64,000 bases of DNA from an uncultured Methanoregulaceae archaeon (GCA_963701095.1 OY969564.1:1920001-1984000), one strand, 5' to 3'; shown: positions 21,526-37,144, counted from the stretch's first letter. Notes: generated by a model from the sequence alone, not told the origin. Translations and numbers: made by a program.

Positions 21526-22296
21526 TCATTTCTGGCACTTCCGGAAAACTCCCATAAACAGACACTCTTCTGCAGCAATAGAATCAACACCTTTTTGATT
21601 ACCTATAGGCATTCCGAGGCCACGGATAATGGCGGCTGGTGTACATTCATCTGCCTCACCCATCACAAGTTCGGCAGCTGAAGAAATATTATCGGCAACC
21701 GCTCGTTTGGTTACTTCTAATTTGCGTCCGAACAGGTCGCATCGACCCCGGTCATCGATAACTGATGTTATTCCTGCGCATCCGATGGCAACCCCGGAAC
21801 AACCAAGTCGCATCGCGTGCGTACGGCTATCGGCAACGACAACGCCTATCTTTGCTTGGCACTTGCGGGAGATCTCATCCTTGATGCGCAGAGCACTTGC
21901 GTTGGGATCAACCGGCAAGGGAACGACACATCCCGGTGGAGCATTCGAAGCGTCAACACCTGCGTTTGGAAGGAGTGTGCCCTCTTTCATACAGAGCAGA
22001 AAACCCGGTATACCGCCTACTATCGAGTCACTCTCGTTTATGACTACTTCTGCAATCCGGGGATCCATACGGTATTGTTGCGCGAGTTCTCTTGCACGAG
22101 AGGAAGGCGTTATGGTTTCAAGCATGACGACGTTTCCTTCGGCGGTCGCAACTGCAGTTTCTGCAAGAACAAGGATGTCCCCGTCTTTAAACCCATTACA
22201 GGCCACTTCTGCGGCGTCAATGATTCTCTCAGTAAAAGGATCATTTGGCCGGATAATACCTGTAGTGAGTCCGGTTACGGTAAAAAAAGAATTCAT
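21526..22296 (-). CDS. cofE: CofE-family gamma-glutamyl ligase (F420-0:L-glutamate ligase-like)
   Basis: DGDILVLAE, PNAGVDASN, VVADS, DDRGRCDLFGRKL and MGEADECTP motifs; overlaps the folP stop codon. Confidence 0.85.
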   Translation of the reverse strand: MNSFFTVTGLTTGIIRPNDPFTERIIDAAEVACNGFKDGDILVLAETAVATAEGNVVMLETITPSSRARELAQQYRMDPRIAEVVINESDSIVGGIPGFLLCMKEGTLLPNAGVDASNAPPGCVVPLPVDPNASALRIKDEISRKCQAKIGVVVADSRTHAMRLGCSGVAIGCAGITSVIDDRGRCDLFGRKLEVTKRAVADNISSAAELVMGEADECTPAAIIRGLGMPIGNQKGVDSIAAEECLFMGVFRKCQK

Positions 22297-23105
22297 ACTC
22301 GATCCGCCAGGTAAGCATACACCATCATCACGTCACGGGTTGCTGCTACATCATGCACCCGTACAATAGATGCGCCTTTTCCAAGGAGTTTCATGGTCAC
22401 GGCAAGGGTTCCCGGCAGCCTATCCTCTGGATCCCGGTTCAGGAGCATCCCGATAAATGTCTTCCGCGAAACTGCCGCAAGAACTGGACGATCGAAGCAA
22501 TGGAATCTTTCGAAATTCCGGCAGAGTTCCCAGTCGTCTCCGATGGAACGGTGTGGTGTCCATATGCCTATTCCGGGGTCGAGTACATACTCGTTCACAC
22601 CTGCATGCTCACATCTCAGCATTACCTCTTTGAGCGAGTCCATGGTCGCCTCAACACCAATAGGATCCCCTGGTTGCTGGTTTGTCGCCATCACAAAAGC
22701 AGGAAGCCCTGCATCAGCGACCTTTTTTGCATAGGCCGGTGAAACAAACCCACTGATGTCATTTGCTGCGTGGATATCATGTTTGAGGCAGACCTCAAGT
22801 ACGCCGGGGTTCATTGTGTCGACCGAAATGGTAATTCCGGTCCCGTCCAGTTCCTTGAGCGCTGCATCGATACGTTCTGCTTCAGTTTTACCGCTAATCG
22901 CCTGTGTATTCGGCGCTGTGCTCCGTGCACCGATATCAATCATATCAGCACCCTGCTCGATCATGGCAACGGCGGTTGTGTGGACCTCTGTAATGGGGAT
23001 GTAAGATCCCAGATAGAACGATTCCCCGCTAACGTTGATGACCCCCATCAGGCGGGGTGGTGCGGTTCCGCCAATCTCGAGGTTGTTGATGCGACAGGAT
23101 TTCAT
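22293..23105 (-). CDS. folP: Dihydropteroate synthase
   Basis: [40 protein letters not shown] and VRVHDV motifs. Confidence 0.93.
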   Translation of the reverse strand: MKSCRINNLEIGGTAPPRLMGVINVSGESFYLGSYIPITEVHTTAVAMIEQGADMIDIGARSTAPNTQAISGKTEAERIDAALKELDGTGITISVDTMNPGVLEVCLKHDIHAANDISGFVSPAYAKKVADAGLPAFVMATNQQPGDPIGVEATMDSLKEVMLRCEHAGVNEYVLDPGIGIWTPHRSIGDDWELCRNFERFHCFDRPVLAAVSRKTFIGMLLNRDPEDRLPGTLAVTMKLLGKGASIVRVHDVAATRDVMMVYAYLADRV

Positions 23106-23935
23106 GATATCCTCGTCGCTGCCAAAAAAGTGTTTTCCATAAGGGTGGCAATAGTCATCGGGCCAACGCCGCCAGGTACCGGAGTAATTGCTGATGCAAC
23201 CTTTTTTACTCCGTCGAAGTCCACGTCTCCCACCAGATTTCCGTTGAGCTGGTTAATACCAACATCGACAACGACGGCGCCGGATTTGACCATATCCTGT
23301 GTGATAAAATGCGCTTTTCCAATAGCTGAGATCAGGATATCTGCCTGCCTTAGTTCGGCTGAAAGGTTCCGAGTCCTGCTGTGGCAGACTGTTACCGTTG
23401 CATCTGCGTTTGTCATGAGCGCCGCCATAGGCCTCCCGACATCGATACTCCGGCCGGCAATAACTACCCTTTCCCCGGCAATGGGAATCCGGTAATCTTC
23501 AAGCAGGTTCATAATCCCTTTAGGTGTGCAGGGTGCGAAACGGGGTTTGCCACTCATTAAAAGACCAAGGTTTGTTGGATGAAACCCATCTACGTCTTTT
23601 TCAGTCTTTACTGCAGTGATTACCTTGTCGGTATCTATTTGTTCGGGGAGCGGAAGCTGAACCAGGATACCGTTAATGTCTGCATCCCGGTTGAGCCCTG
23701 AAATTGATTCGAGGACTTTCTTCGTAGTGGAGTCCCCGGGGATTTCGATGCCGACAGATCCGATGCCGACACGTTCGCAAGCCCTGTGCTTCATGCGAAC
23801 GTACATTTGCGATGCCGGATCGTTGCCGACGATGACCGTGGCAAGGCGGGGATAAAGCCCGGACTCCCCAATTACTTCCTTGAGGAACTCGAGCCGCTTT
23901 TCCGAAACTGCTTTCCCATCAAGGATAATGGACAT
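23102..23935 (-). CDS. folD: Bifunctional methylene-THF dehydrogenase/cyclohydrolase
   Basis: [32 protein letters not shown] and [11 protein letters not shown] motifs. Confidence 0.96.
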   Translation of the reverse strand: MSIILDGKAVSEKRLEFLKEVIGESGLYPRLATVIVGNDPASQMYVRMKHRACERVGIGSVGIEIPGDSTTKKVLESISGLNRDADINGILVQLPLPEQIDTDKVITAVKTEKDVDGFHPTNLGLLMSGKPRFAPCTPKGIMNLLEDYRIPIAGERVVIAGRSIDVGRPMAALMTNADATVTVCHSRTRNLSAELRQADILISAIGKAHFITQDMVKSGAVVVDVGINQLNGNLVGDVDFDGVKKVASAITPVPGGVGPMTIATLMENTFLAATRIS

Positions 23936-23955
23936 CGTAGCACCCGCAAATAAGA

Positions 23956-25197
23956 TCAGGTCACCGGGTAAATCGGGAATTTCTGTGCCATTTCAGTAAC
24001 CTCCCGGCTAACTTTTTTAATCAGCGATTCGTTTGTGATATCTTTTACAATCGCAGAGATCCAGATACCTATCTGGCGCATTTCTGCCTCTTTCATGCCC
24101 CGTGATGTGACGGCCGGAGTTCCGACCCTTAGCCCACTTGTAACAAACGGGCTTTTGGTCTCATTGGGAATGGTGTTTTTGTTGACGGTTATACACGCTT
24201 TTCCAAGGGCCACTTCTGCTTCAAGACCGGTCAGGTGCTGGTTGGTAAGGTCGATAAGCATAAGGTGGTTGTCAGTACCGCCCGAGACAAGCCGGATACC
24301 GTTGTTTGTCAGTACCTCCGCAAGTACCTTGGCATTCTTGACAATCTGTTTATTGTATTCTTTGAATGATGGTTTGAGCGCCTCCTCAAAACACACAGCT
24401 TTTGCAGTGATCGTATGCATAAGCGGACCCCCCTGCATCCCCGGGAAGACCGCTTTATCGATTAGCTGGGCATATTCATTATTGCACATGATTGCCCCGC
24501 CTCGTGGTCCGCGAAGTGTTTTATGAGTTGTAGTTGTGGTGAAATTAACAATACCAACGGAAGTCGGGTGAATACCTGTTGCGACAAGTCCGGCAATATG
24601 GGCTATATCAGCCATACAATATGCCCCAACATCATCGGCGATCTCCTGGAATGCCTTAAACTCGATGGTGCGAGGGTATGCCGATGCACCGCAGACGATA
24701 ATCTGGGGCCTCTCCTTTTTTGCCATCTCACCGACGGCGCCATAATCGAGCATCTCGGTTTCGGGATCCACACCATATTGGGCAACCCGGTAAAACTTGC
24801 CAGTAAAGTCTACTGGAGATCCATGCGAGAGGTGACCGCCTTGGTTAAGCTTCATGCTTAAGATCTTTTCTCCAAGCTTCATGTATGCAAAATAGACTGC
24901 CATGTTCGCCTGGGTTCCCGAGTGAGGCTGGACATTTGCATGTTCAGCACCGAAGAGCTTTTTCAATCTGTCGCGGGCAAGATTCTCGGCCATGTCATGA
25001 AATTCGCACCCGCCATAATACCGTTTTCCCGGGTAGCCTTCAGCATATTTATTGGTCATAATGGACCCCATTGCTTCGAGCACCGCACGGCTGACAATAT
25101 TTTCGGACGCGATCAGCTCTAGCCCGTTTGTCTGGCGGAGCCGTTCCTTCTCAATAATATCTGCTATTTCTGGATCTGTTTGGGAAAGATACGACAT
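23956..25197 (-). CDS. glyA: Serine hydroxymethyltransferase (bacterial-like, THF-type)
   Basis: [30 protein letters not shown] and [13 protein letters not shown] motifs. Confidence 0.97.
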   Translation of the reverse strand: MSYLSQTDPEIADIIEKERLRQTNGLELIASENIVSRAVLEAMGSIMTNKYAEGYPGKRYYGGCEFHDMAENLARDRLKKLFGAEHANVQPHSGTQANMAVYFAYMKLGEKILSMKLNQGGHLSHGSPVDFTGKFYRVAQYGVDPETEMLDYGAVGEMAKKERPQIIVCGASAYPRTIEFKAFQEIADDVGAYCMADIAHIAGLVATGIHPTSVGIVNFTTTTTHKTLRGPRGGAIMCNNEYAQLIDKAVFPGMQGGPLMHTITAKAVCFEEALKPSFKEYNKQIVKNAKVLAEVLTNNGIRLVSGGTDNHLMLIDLTNQHLTGLEAEVALGKACITVNKNTIPNETKSPFVTSGLRVGTPAVTSRGMKEAEMRQIGIWISAIVKDITNESLIKKVSREVTEMAQKFPIYPVT

Positions 25198-25473
25198 ATG
25201 GATACACGTTTGTGTGGATCAGGTAATACCTTTTCTTAGGATGAGCGCAGGGGTAATAAAACCGGTAAAATCTCCGTCATAAACCCGGTGTTTTTTCTGG
25301 CAACACACATTTTAAAATGGCGCTTAATGGAAAGATCGGGAGGATTAACGGGGGTCTGGAAACTTTTTTTTAGGAAAAATAAGCACAAACCTTTTTTTCT
25401 CATCCGCAGATCACTACTATTATTAATAGGGAGTGCGCCGCACCTGTATATATCAAAAGTATGCGGGTAAAGC

Positions 25474-26043
25474 ATGGTGCTACCGGATGCAAAGATAAAG
25501 TATCTTGAGTTCGAACTTGACGAGAAGGAGAAATTGGTCAAAATGATGGAAAGTTCAGGAAGCGGTGCCGGTGAGGATCGCGTCGCCGCGCTCGAAAAGA
25601 AAGTGAACGAGATGGAAGCACTCGTGAAGGGGCTCACTCAGGAGCTCCTTGACCTCAAGTCGATTGCGATGAAAATGTCCAAACAGACTGAAGAACGCAG
25701 CCGACAGGAACTTAAACGAGTACAGCCGATCGTTCAGGGTTCCCCGGCGGCCGGATCTGCGTCTGTGAGTGCTGCCTCGCCCCAACAGGGAGGTAGCACT
25801 GTCGTGATACGCAAGGGAGCCAGACCCTCTGATGCCGAGGCTTCAGCCCCTGAAGAGCCTGCAATGGACATGATAATGCAAACCGACGGAACAATGAAGC
25901 TTGAGCCTCGCCGCGGAGAGAAAAACTACATTGTCGCTTCAGCCGGCTACGGCAGGAACAAGAAGGGTGTGTCCGTCAAACCAAAGCAGAGTGATCTGAT
26001 CTACGCCGTTGAAGAAGACAAATCCGATGCAGCAAAGAAATAA
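25474..26043 (+). CDS. Uncharacterised coiled-coil protein, first gene of the smc-scpA operon
   Basis: N-terminal heptad-rich region (LEKKVNEMEALVKGLTQELLDLK), then a low-complexity linker and a MIMQTDGTMK..YIVAS block; ends 21 nt before smc. Confidence 0.8.
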   Translation: MVLPDAKIKYLEFELDEKEKLVKMMESSGSGAGEDRVAALEKKVNEMEALVKGLTQELLDLKSIAMKMSKQTEERSRQELKRVQPIVQGSPAAGSASVSAASPQQGGSTVVIRKGARPSDAEASAPEEPAMDMIMQTDGTMKLEPRRGEKNYIVASAGYGRNKKGVSVKPKQSDLIYAVEEDKSDAAKK

Positions 26044-26064
26044 GCGTGACGGGGAGCCGGATCT

Positions 26065-29000
26065 TTGCACATCACAGAGCTCGAGATAGATAATTTCAAG
26101 TCTTTTTCAAAAAAGACAAAAATTCCCTTTTTAGAGGGTTTCACTGTAATATCCGGCCCAAACGGATCTGGTAAAAGTAATATTATTGATTCGGTTCTTT
26201 TCGTTCTAGCGCTTTCCAGTTCACGCAATCTGCGCGCAGAAAAGCTAACAGATCTGATAAATCTTAACTCCGGGAAAAACACTGCCGAAGTTGCCATTGA
26301 ATTTTCCGATGGGACGAAGATCCGGCGCCGGATCAAACGGACAGGAAACGGCTATTACAGCTACAACTATCTCAACGACAGGCTTTGCAAACAGAGCGAT
26401 ATTGTTGATCATCTTTCCAAGTTCGGTATTATTCCACATGGTTACAACGTTGTGATGCAGGGAGATGTAACCCGCATTATGGAGATGAGCGATTTCGAGC
26501 GCCGAAAGATCATTGATGAGATTGCCGGGGTCTCGGAATTTGAAATGAAAAAACAACAGTCACTTTCAGAGCTTGATGTAGTAAGGGAACGGATCGAGAG
26601 AGAGGAAATCCTTCTTATCGAACTTGCAAAAAGGGCAAATGAGCTCAGAAAAGAACGCGAACAAGCGCTTGAATACCAGAAATGGCAAAAAGAGCTCGGT
26701 TTCTTTCAGGGTTGCCGGTCTGCAGCCCAGCTTCATGGCAAAGAGAAGGAGAGAGACACTCTTCTTGCATCTGCAGAGGAGCAAAAGATCAGGATCTCAC
26801 GGATTGATGCCGACCAAAGCATAGAGGAGAACGAACTCTCTTACCTTAAGGCCGATCTTGCTGATATTGATGAGCTTCTCAATAAAAAAGAGCGGTCCGG
26901 ATTACCTGAAACTGATTGCAGATATTGAAGAAGCGAAGAGTGGGATCAAGCTTGCAGAACAGACAATCACCCGGCTTAAAAAGGATAAAGAGACAAATCT
27001 CGAAGGCATTAACCGTGTTTTCGCAGATACAAAACGGGCAGAAACCCGGGTGACCGAGCTTTCCGACCAGATTCGTGCATTATCAATCGATCGCACAAAT
27101 ATCTCCATGGAAGTCGCAACTTCCCGGTCGCAGCTGGAAAAAATCGAAAATGAGATCCGCAAGTATTCTTCTGATACTGAGGAGGCCAGACAGAAACTCT
27201 TTTCCCTGATGGAAGAAGTGGAGGCAAAAAAAGGGGAGCGTTCTGAAATCCTTCACCAGCAGGATATGTTCATCGAAAAGAGTCGGATGAGGACCAGCGA
27301 ACTCGAACGCCTCACGACGCTCCAGAAACAGCTCGACTCCGAATATACAGCAAAGCAGGAGCAGCTTGACCAAAACGAACGAACGGTTACGGATCTTAGC
27401 AACAGAAAAAAGGATCTCGACCGCACACTTTCCGAACTCGAGAGTACCCTCTTTGCCCAGCGTTCATCTCTTGAAAGACTTCACGATGAAATGAAGGATG
27501 TTGAGCAGGACGCAATCAGGCTCGAGGCAGCACAACAGGCACGGGGAGAATCCGGTGGAAGAGCAATAGAATCAGTGAAATCTATTGAAGGTGTTCACGG
27601 GACTATCGCTGAGTTAGGTCGAGCCCCTCCAGAATACTCGACAGCACTTAATACTGCTGCGGGCAACAAGCTCCAGTTTGTCATCTGTGACACCGACCAG
27701 ATAGCTGCCGACGCAATTCGCTACCTGAAGGATGAGAGACTTGGAAGGGTGACATTTCTTCCTTTAAACAAGCTCAGACCCCCTACCCTTCTGCCAGTGA
27801 AAGAATCTGGTGTTATCGATTACGCGGTCAATCTTCTCGATTACGATCCCGTCTTTGACAAGGCCTTTGCCGTTGCCCTTGGCTCAACTCTTGTCGTAGA
27901 TACGCTTGACAGGGCCCGCAAACTTATCGGCAAATACCGGATGGTCACCCTTGAAGGAGAAATGCTTGAGAAAAGCGGGGCTATGACCGGTGGTTCAGCA
28001 AAGAAACCAATCCGGGGATTTGGCGCAGCTGTCGATGACGAGATCATCCGGATCCGGTCTCACCTTGCTGAGCTTGCCCAGGAAGCTGGGACACTCGAGG
28101 CGGGTATAAAGCGCATGACTGAAGCGGTGGATGGTAAACGAGCCCTCCGCAACGAGATCGATCAGGAGGTTGCCCGTGCTGGAGCTCTTACCGAGGAGCA
28201 TTCCCGGCGGTTTGAGGCAATCACTATTGAAAAACAAACGATAGAATCTGCGGTTGCACGGCAGAAGGATGAGACCGGCAACAGTGCTGCCGAATTGGCT
28301 GCGCTTGAAGGAAAACTTGATGCAGTCACTGAAACAATCAACGCGATAATTGCCCAGATTGATGGAATAAAAAAGAAACTGGAAGATACCAATATTCCTG
28401 CCCTCACCGACCAGATGGAAAAGAAGAAAAAGGAGATCGAAGAGGCGGAACGGCATCTGCGCAATAAGGAGGCTGATATGAACGATGCCTCACGTGAGCG
28501 TCAGCACTTCACTGTACGAATTGGTGAGCTTGGCGAAGAACGCACCCGGCTCGATGAGCGCAACCGACAGATCGATGGGGAAATAACCGGATCAAACGAA
28601 CAAATTTCCTCAAATAAGACTATTATTGCAGAACTCGAAGAGAAACAAAAACAGTTTTCGGGTGAACTTGAAATTCTGCGGAAGAAACGTGCGGGTGTTT
28701 CCGATGCCATTCATGCATCCGAAACCAAACTAATCAAATTCGACTCCGATAAAGAACGGTTCACCATTCAACTAACCGCACTTGAAGAGAGGGCTCAGGC
28801 ACTAACTGTCGAGATTGCGGGTCTCAAGGAAATAGTCGGGGAGGTCACAACTAATCTGACCCTGACCGAGATCGAGGGTAAGATTGCGGATGCCGAATTG
28901 GCTCTTCATAAGATAGGCGCTGTCAATATGCTTGCCATAGAAGAATATGAGAAGATCCAGAGACAGGTTGAAGAGAGGACACAACGAAAAGACACTCTTT

Positions 29001-29506
29001 CCAAAGAACGGACAAACCTGATTGAACGTATCGAGAAATTCGAACAGATGAAGTTCGAAGCGTTCATGACCTCCTTTAAAGCGATTGACGCCAATTTCCG
29101 GGAGATCTTTGCCCGTCTCACAAGTGGAAGCGGGAATTTGATTCTTGAAAATGAGGAAGATCCATTCACCGGTGGCCTTACATTTGCGGTAAAACCCCGT
29201 GACAAAAAAGTTCATCTCCTCTCCTCTCTTTCAGGAGGGGAGAAATCACTTACCACGCTTGCCTTTATCTTCTCTATCCAGCATCACATCCCAGCGCCTT
29301 TCTACGCTTTTGACGAGGTTGATATGTCGCTTGACGGTGCAAATGTGGAAAGAATAGCAGCGATGATAAAAGAACTCGCACCCTCTTCACAGTTTGTCAT
29401 CGTTTCATTACGAAAACCTATGATCGAAGCCGCACAGCGAATCATGGGTGTTACAATCCGACCGGATAAAAGCACCCTCGTTACCGGAGTCAAGGTCAAT
29501 GGCTGA
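26065..29506 (+). CDS. smc: Chromosome segregation protein SMC, with a +1 indel in the A-run at 26884-26889
   Basis: Walker A GPNGSGKSN, hinge GRVTFLPL...SGAMTGG, signature LSGGEKS and Walker B FDEVD. Confidence 0.95.
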
Positions 29507-30389
29507 CCAAAATATCAATTTCCCGACAAATCCTGATCAAAGAGAAAATAAATCTAAAGATCTGGGGCCAGGGTGCAATCCGGAAATTAAACTGCATGAA
29601 CATGGCGTAAAAAGTTCTTTTGAGATTCCGGCTGCATCAGATTTTTCACATATATTCGATGGATCGGTTGCTGCTGAGGCATGTAATGTCGAAGATCCGG
29701 TGGAGATCCTTGTCGGTCTTGCGGAGCGGGGCGAGATCGACCCTTGGAATATAAACATCATCGAGGTGACTGACCGGTTCCTATCAGAACTGGAACGGTG
29801 CCGTCAACTTAACCTCCAGATATCCGGGCGAACCCTTTTTTATGCGGCTACACTTCTTCGCATGAAATCTGAACAGCTGGAGATCGTCTCTGAGTCCGAC
29901 GATGACAGCGAGGGAGATATTGAGGAATTTGATCTTACGGGGGATTCCGATTTCGACGACGAAGGCCGTTTTGGCCCCATTGAACAGCTGGAGCGGGAGA
30001 TCCAACGGAGGCTCGATCGCAAGAGCCTGCGAAGAAGCCCGATAACACTATTTGAACTGATCATCGAACTCAAAAATCTGGAAAAAGAGGAACGGAGACG
30101 CCGCCGACTTCCTCCTCAAGAAGATTTTCTGGTTGAAGCAGACGATGTTGTTGGTATCGCTCACGAAGAAGGTTACCAGGATTCGTCACGGCTGGTGATT
30201 GAGGAGTGCCTGGCAAATGCGGACCCTGATGAAGAGATCACGCTTGCTGAGCTCTGTAGGGATCTTGGCTGGTGCCTTTCCGATGTATATATCCCGCTTC
30301 TGTTTCTGGCGCTGGATGGGCGGTGCACGATCCGGCAGGAAGAGTTTTTTGGTGACCTTTACGTGCATGTCGTGAAGGCGGATGAATAG
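29499..30389 (+). CDS. scpA: Kleisin ScpA
   Basis: DPVEILV.LAE.GEIDPWNINI, SGRTLFYAATLLRMKSE and YIPLLFL...QEEFFGDL motifs; overlaps the smc stop codon. Confidence 0.93.
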   Translation: MADQNINFPTNPDQRENKSKDLGPGCNPEIKLHEHGVKSSFEIPAASDFSHIFDGSVAAEACNVEDPVEILVGLAERGEIDPWNINIIEVTDRFLSELERCRQLNLQISGRTLFYAATLLRMKSEQLEIVSESDDDSEGDIEEFDLTGDSDFDDEGRFGPIEQLEREIQRRLDRKSLRRSPITLFELIIELKNLEKEERRRRRLPPQEDFLVEADDVVGIAHEEGYQDSSRLVIEECLANADPDEEITLAELCRDLGWCLSDVYIPLLFLALDGRCTIRQEEFFGDLYVHVVKADE

Positions 30390-30530
30390 TTCGGCGGTGA
30401 ATGCAAATTTGGGGATGAATCCTTAAAAATCAAAGAGCATGTGTACCTCGAATCCATAGCAATTGGGGTGGTTGGGATTCGCGGGCATTTTTTTAAAGAA
30501 AAAGGTCCATTTTTACTTTTTAACCGTGCA

Positions 30531-31556
30531 TTATTGTGTTAGACAATCGTTCATCCACTCTGTTACCTGATATGTTGGCGGACCATTATCTGGCCTCATA
30601 TCGTTGTCGATTCGCCATTCGAAAAGACCCGCAAGGTTATGCTCTTTTACATATGCACATTTGGCCATGATGGTGGTTTGTGTGTCAGGACCAACATTAT
30701 CTGTGTATCCCGCTTCGCTCTCAATTCCGCCAATAATTTTATCATAAGGAAAACCAGCAGCTGCATAAGCATCAGCATACGAAACGAGATCATACTTATC
30801 CCCACTTCCATAGGTCATCAGATTGAGTTGGTCAACGCTGCCAACTAAACTGGCGACAGTCTGCGCAGATTCCACTCCGGGCCAAACCGTATGAGTCAGC
30901 AGGTAAGGCTTCCCGTGCGGATTGGGACCGGCTGTGGCAAATGTTTCGTGGCATGTAGAAAGAAGCAAAGTCAGCTGCGGAGCGTAATCGTTTATTTGCG
31001 AGCTTTCCCAGTCCATATCGTAGCCATCCAGATCGTACTCTTTCACATAGGAAAGAACGCTATCAGCAAACTTTTGTGGATTTTGCGAGGCATAGAGGTA
31101 TTCTGTATCAAGATCGCCACCGAAATTTGAGGTAATAAAAATCTCTGCCTCTGGATTATTTTCATGACATAGTGAAACAAGTTCATGGATCCTGCTCTGC
31201 ATTTCTTGTCTTTGTGCGTCATTCTCTTCTGAGTTTCCGACCGGGAGATCAGTAAGGAGTCCGTCATTTATTGTCGCAAATCCGATGTAAAGCCTGTTTA
31301 TCTTTTTCCAGGGGATCTGGTCTTTTTCAGACATTACCCCGCTATATGTGTCATCATTTGGATCAGGAAAAAGATACCAATACGCTGCGATTATCTTGCT
31401 TCCGGATTCAGACGCCGGGACCTGAGAATTCATTGTTGTCGATGAATTCTGTGGTTGAACAGATCCAGGTTCTTGCGAAGGAAAGGCGTTTTGGGAGCAA
31501 CCTGATGTTGCGATGACCATCATCAATATTATCAAAACAAAGATTAGGACTTTCAT
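30531..31556 (-). CDS. Glycoside hydrolase family 18 lipoprotein (chitinase/ENGase-like)
   Basis: Lipobox TSGC, Ser/Gln/Pro linker, NFGG, catalytic LDGYDMDWE (DxxDxDxE), LNLMTY and LAGLFEW. Confidence 0.85.
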   Translation of the reverse strand: MKVLIFVLIILMMVIATSGCSQNAFPSQEPGSVQPQNSSTTMNSQVPASESGSKIIAAYWYLFPDPNDDTYSGVMSEKDQIPWKKINRLYIGFATINDGLLTDLPVGNSEENDAQRQEMQSRIHELVSLCHENNPEAEIFITSNFGGDLDTEYLYASQNPQKFADSVLSYVKEYDLDGYDMDWESSQINDYAPQLTLLLSTCHETFATAGPNPHGKPYLLTHTVWPGVESAQTVASLVGSVDQLNLMTYGSGDKYDLVSYADAYAAAGFPYDKIIGGIESEAGYTDNVGPDTQTTIMAKCAYVKEHNLAGLFEWRIDNDMRPDNGPPTYQVTEWMNDCLTQ

Positions 31557-32097
31557 TTGGATCATGCACTTTATAATATCCCATTAGATCACTCAACCCA
31601 ATATATTATCACCGCAATCTGAGGTTTTAAGGTTCAAAACGCACCGAAATCTCACATACCTATGAAGCATCCAGGTTTGGTCAAAAGATGCAAGATTGGA
31701 AGATCCACTTTGAGATTATTTTCAGCGCGATTAGACCGGATCTTCATTTATTGAATATAGTGCAGCGTTAGAATTTGGCTGATTATAGGATTTTTGTCGA
31801 TATATCATGAATCAGACGTCAAATTCGAAACTTTCGGCGAATAGTATTTAATATATCTCAAAATATTTAATTTAAAAAGGAGACAATGAGGTTTGGAGAA
31901 GATTTAAGCGCGTGTCGGATTTTATTTCAAATATCTATAAATATTTAAAGCATAATAATTATGGCTCTTTTTTGTGCACTGAAAGGGTAATCTTTAAATT
32001 GTATTCTGTGAAATAATATGATCCACAAATTCTGATGAAGTCCCGACGAAAACTGCTTTTGGCAGGGATCGGGATCGAAGTGAATGCAAGCAATAAA

Positions 32098-32292
32098 GTA
32101 TAAATAATACTGCAACCTATATTACAAGCCCGTGTTTAAATCAAAAACACGACGAAAAATGAGTGATGAAGAATCAGGAAAATCTGGTCAAAACCGGGTC
32201 TGGTTCTGAACTAAAATAATGCAGGTGAGAAGGTATAAATAACCAGAAAGCCTACATTATAAGCCCGTGTTTAAGTGAACAATCACGACGAA
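32098..32292 (+). promoter_or_regulatory. Tandem rRNA operon promoters (two copies 135 nt apart)
   Basis: GTATAAATAA at 32098 and 32233, each followed by an identical AAGCCCGTGTTTAA (32126, 32261) and then CACGACGAA. Confidence 0.75.
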
Positions 32293-32350
32293 CACACGCA
32301 AATATTTGATGGAGATCCAACCAACCCGCGTGACGGGAGTTGGTTCTGAC

Positions 32351-33962
<1,612 letters not shown>

Positions 33963-33969
33963 ACATGAA

Positions 33970-34025
33970 GGCTCAAGTGCCAGATAAGGTGGCATTCCGG
34001 TCTGGGTTCGACTCCCAGGGAGCTG
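33970..34025 (+). pseudogene. Degenerate tRNA-like element at the usual tRNA-Ala position of the 16S-23S spacer
   Basis: GGCTC...GAGCT partial acceptor stem and a perfect T-arm CTGGG-TTCGACT-CCCAG. A single hairpin GTGCCA-GATAAGG-TGGCAT replaces the D and anticodon arms; no TGC anticodon loop. Confidence 0.65.
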
Positions 34026-34099
34026 TTTAGATGCACCTCGAGATGTGAATCACGAGGGAAGGGCTGAAAGTCAAACCAATGACTTTGCGACGCCGTGTA

Positions 34100-37099
<3,000 letters not shown>

Positions 37100-37144
37100 A
37101 TATCTTATCCTGACATACAGGATAGGGTATCATCCTACACGGTC

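Noticed and set aside
21629..23495. Long plus-strand ORFs (246 and 241 aa) opposite cofE, folP and folD, and similar shadow ORFs elsewhere
   Set aside because: They are antisense shadows of well-supported genes and carry no motifs.
31566..32090. Long AT-rich spacer as a possible replication origin or CRISPR leader
   Set aside because: No ORB-like repeats, no adjacent cdc6/orc1 and no repeat-spacer array; it is explained by divergent GH18 and rRNA promoter regions.
34030..34090. GATGCACC...GGGAAGGG block and hairpin in the ITS as a novel ncRNA
   Set aside because: It looks like the ordinary conserved spacer structure preceding the 23S processing stem in euryarchaeal operons.
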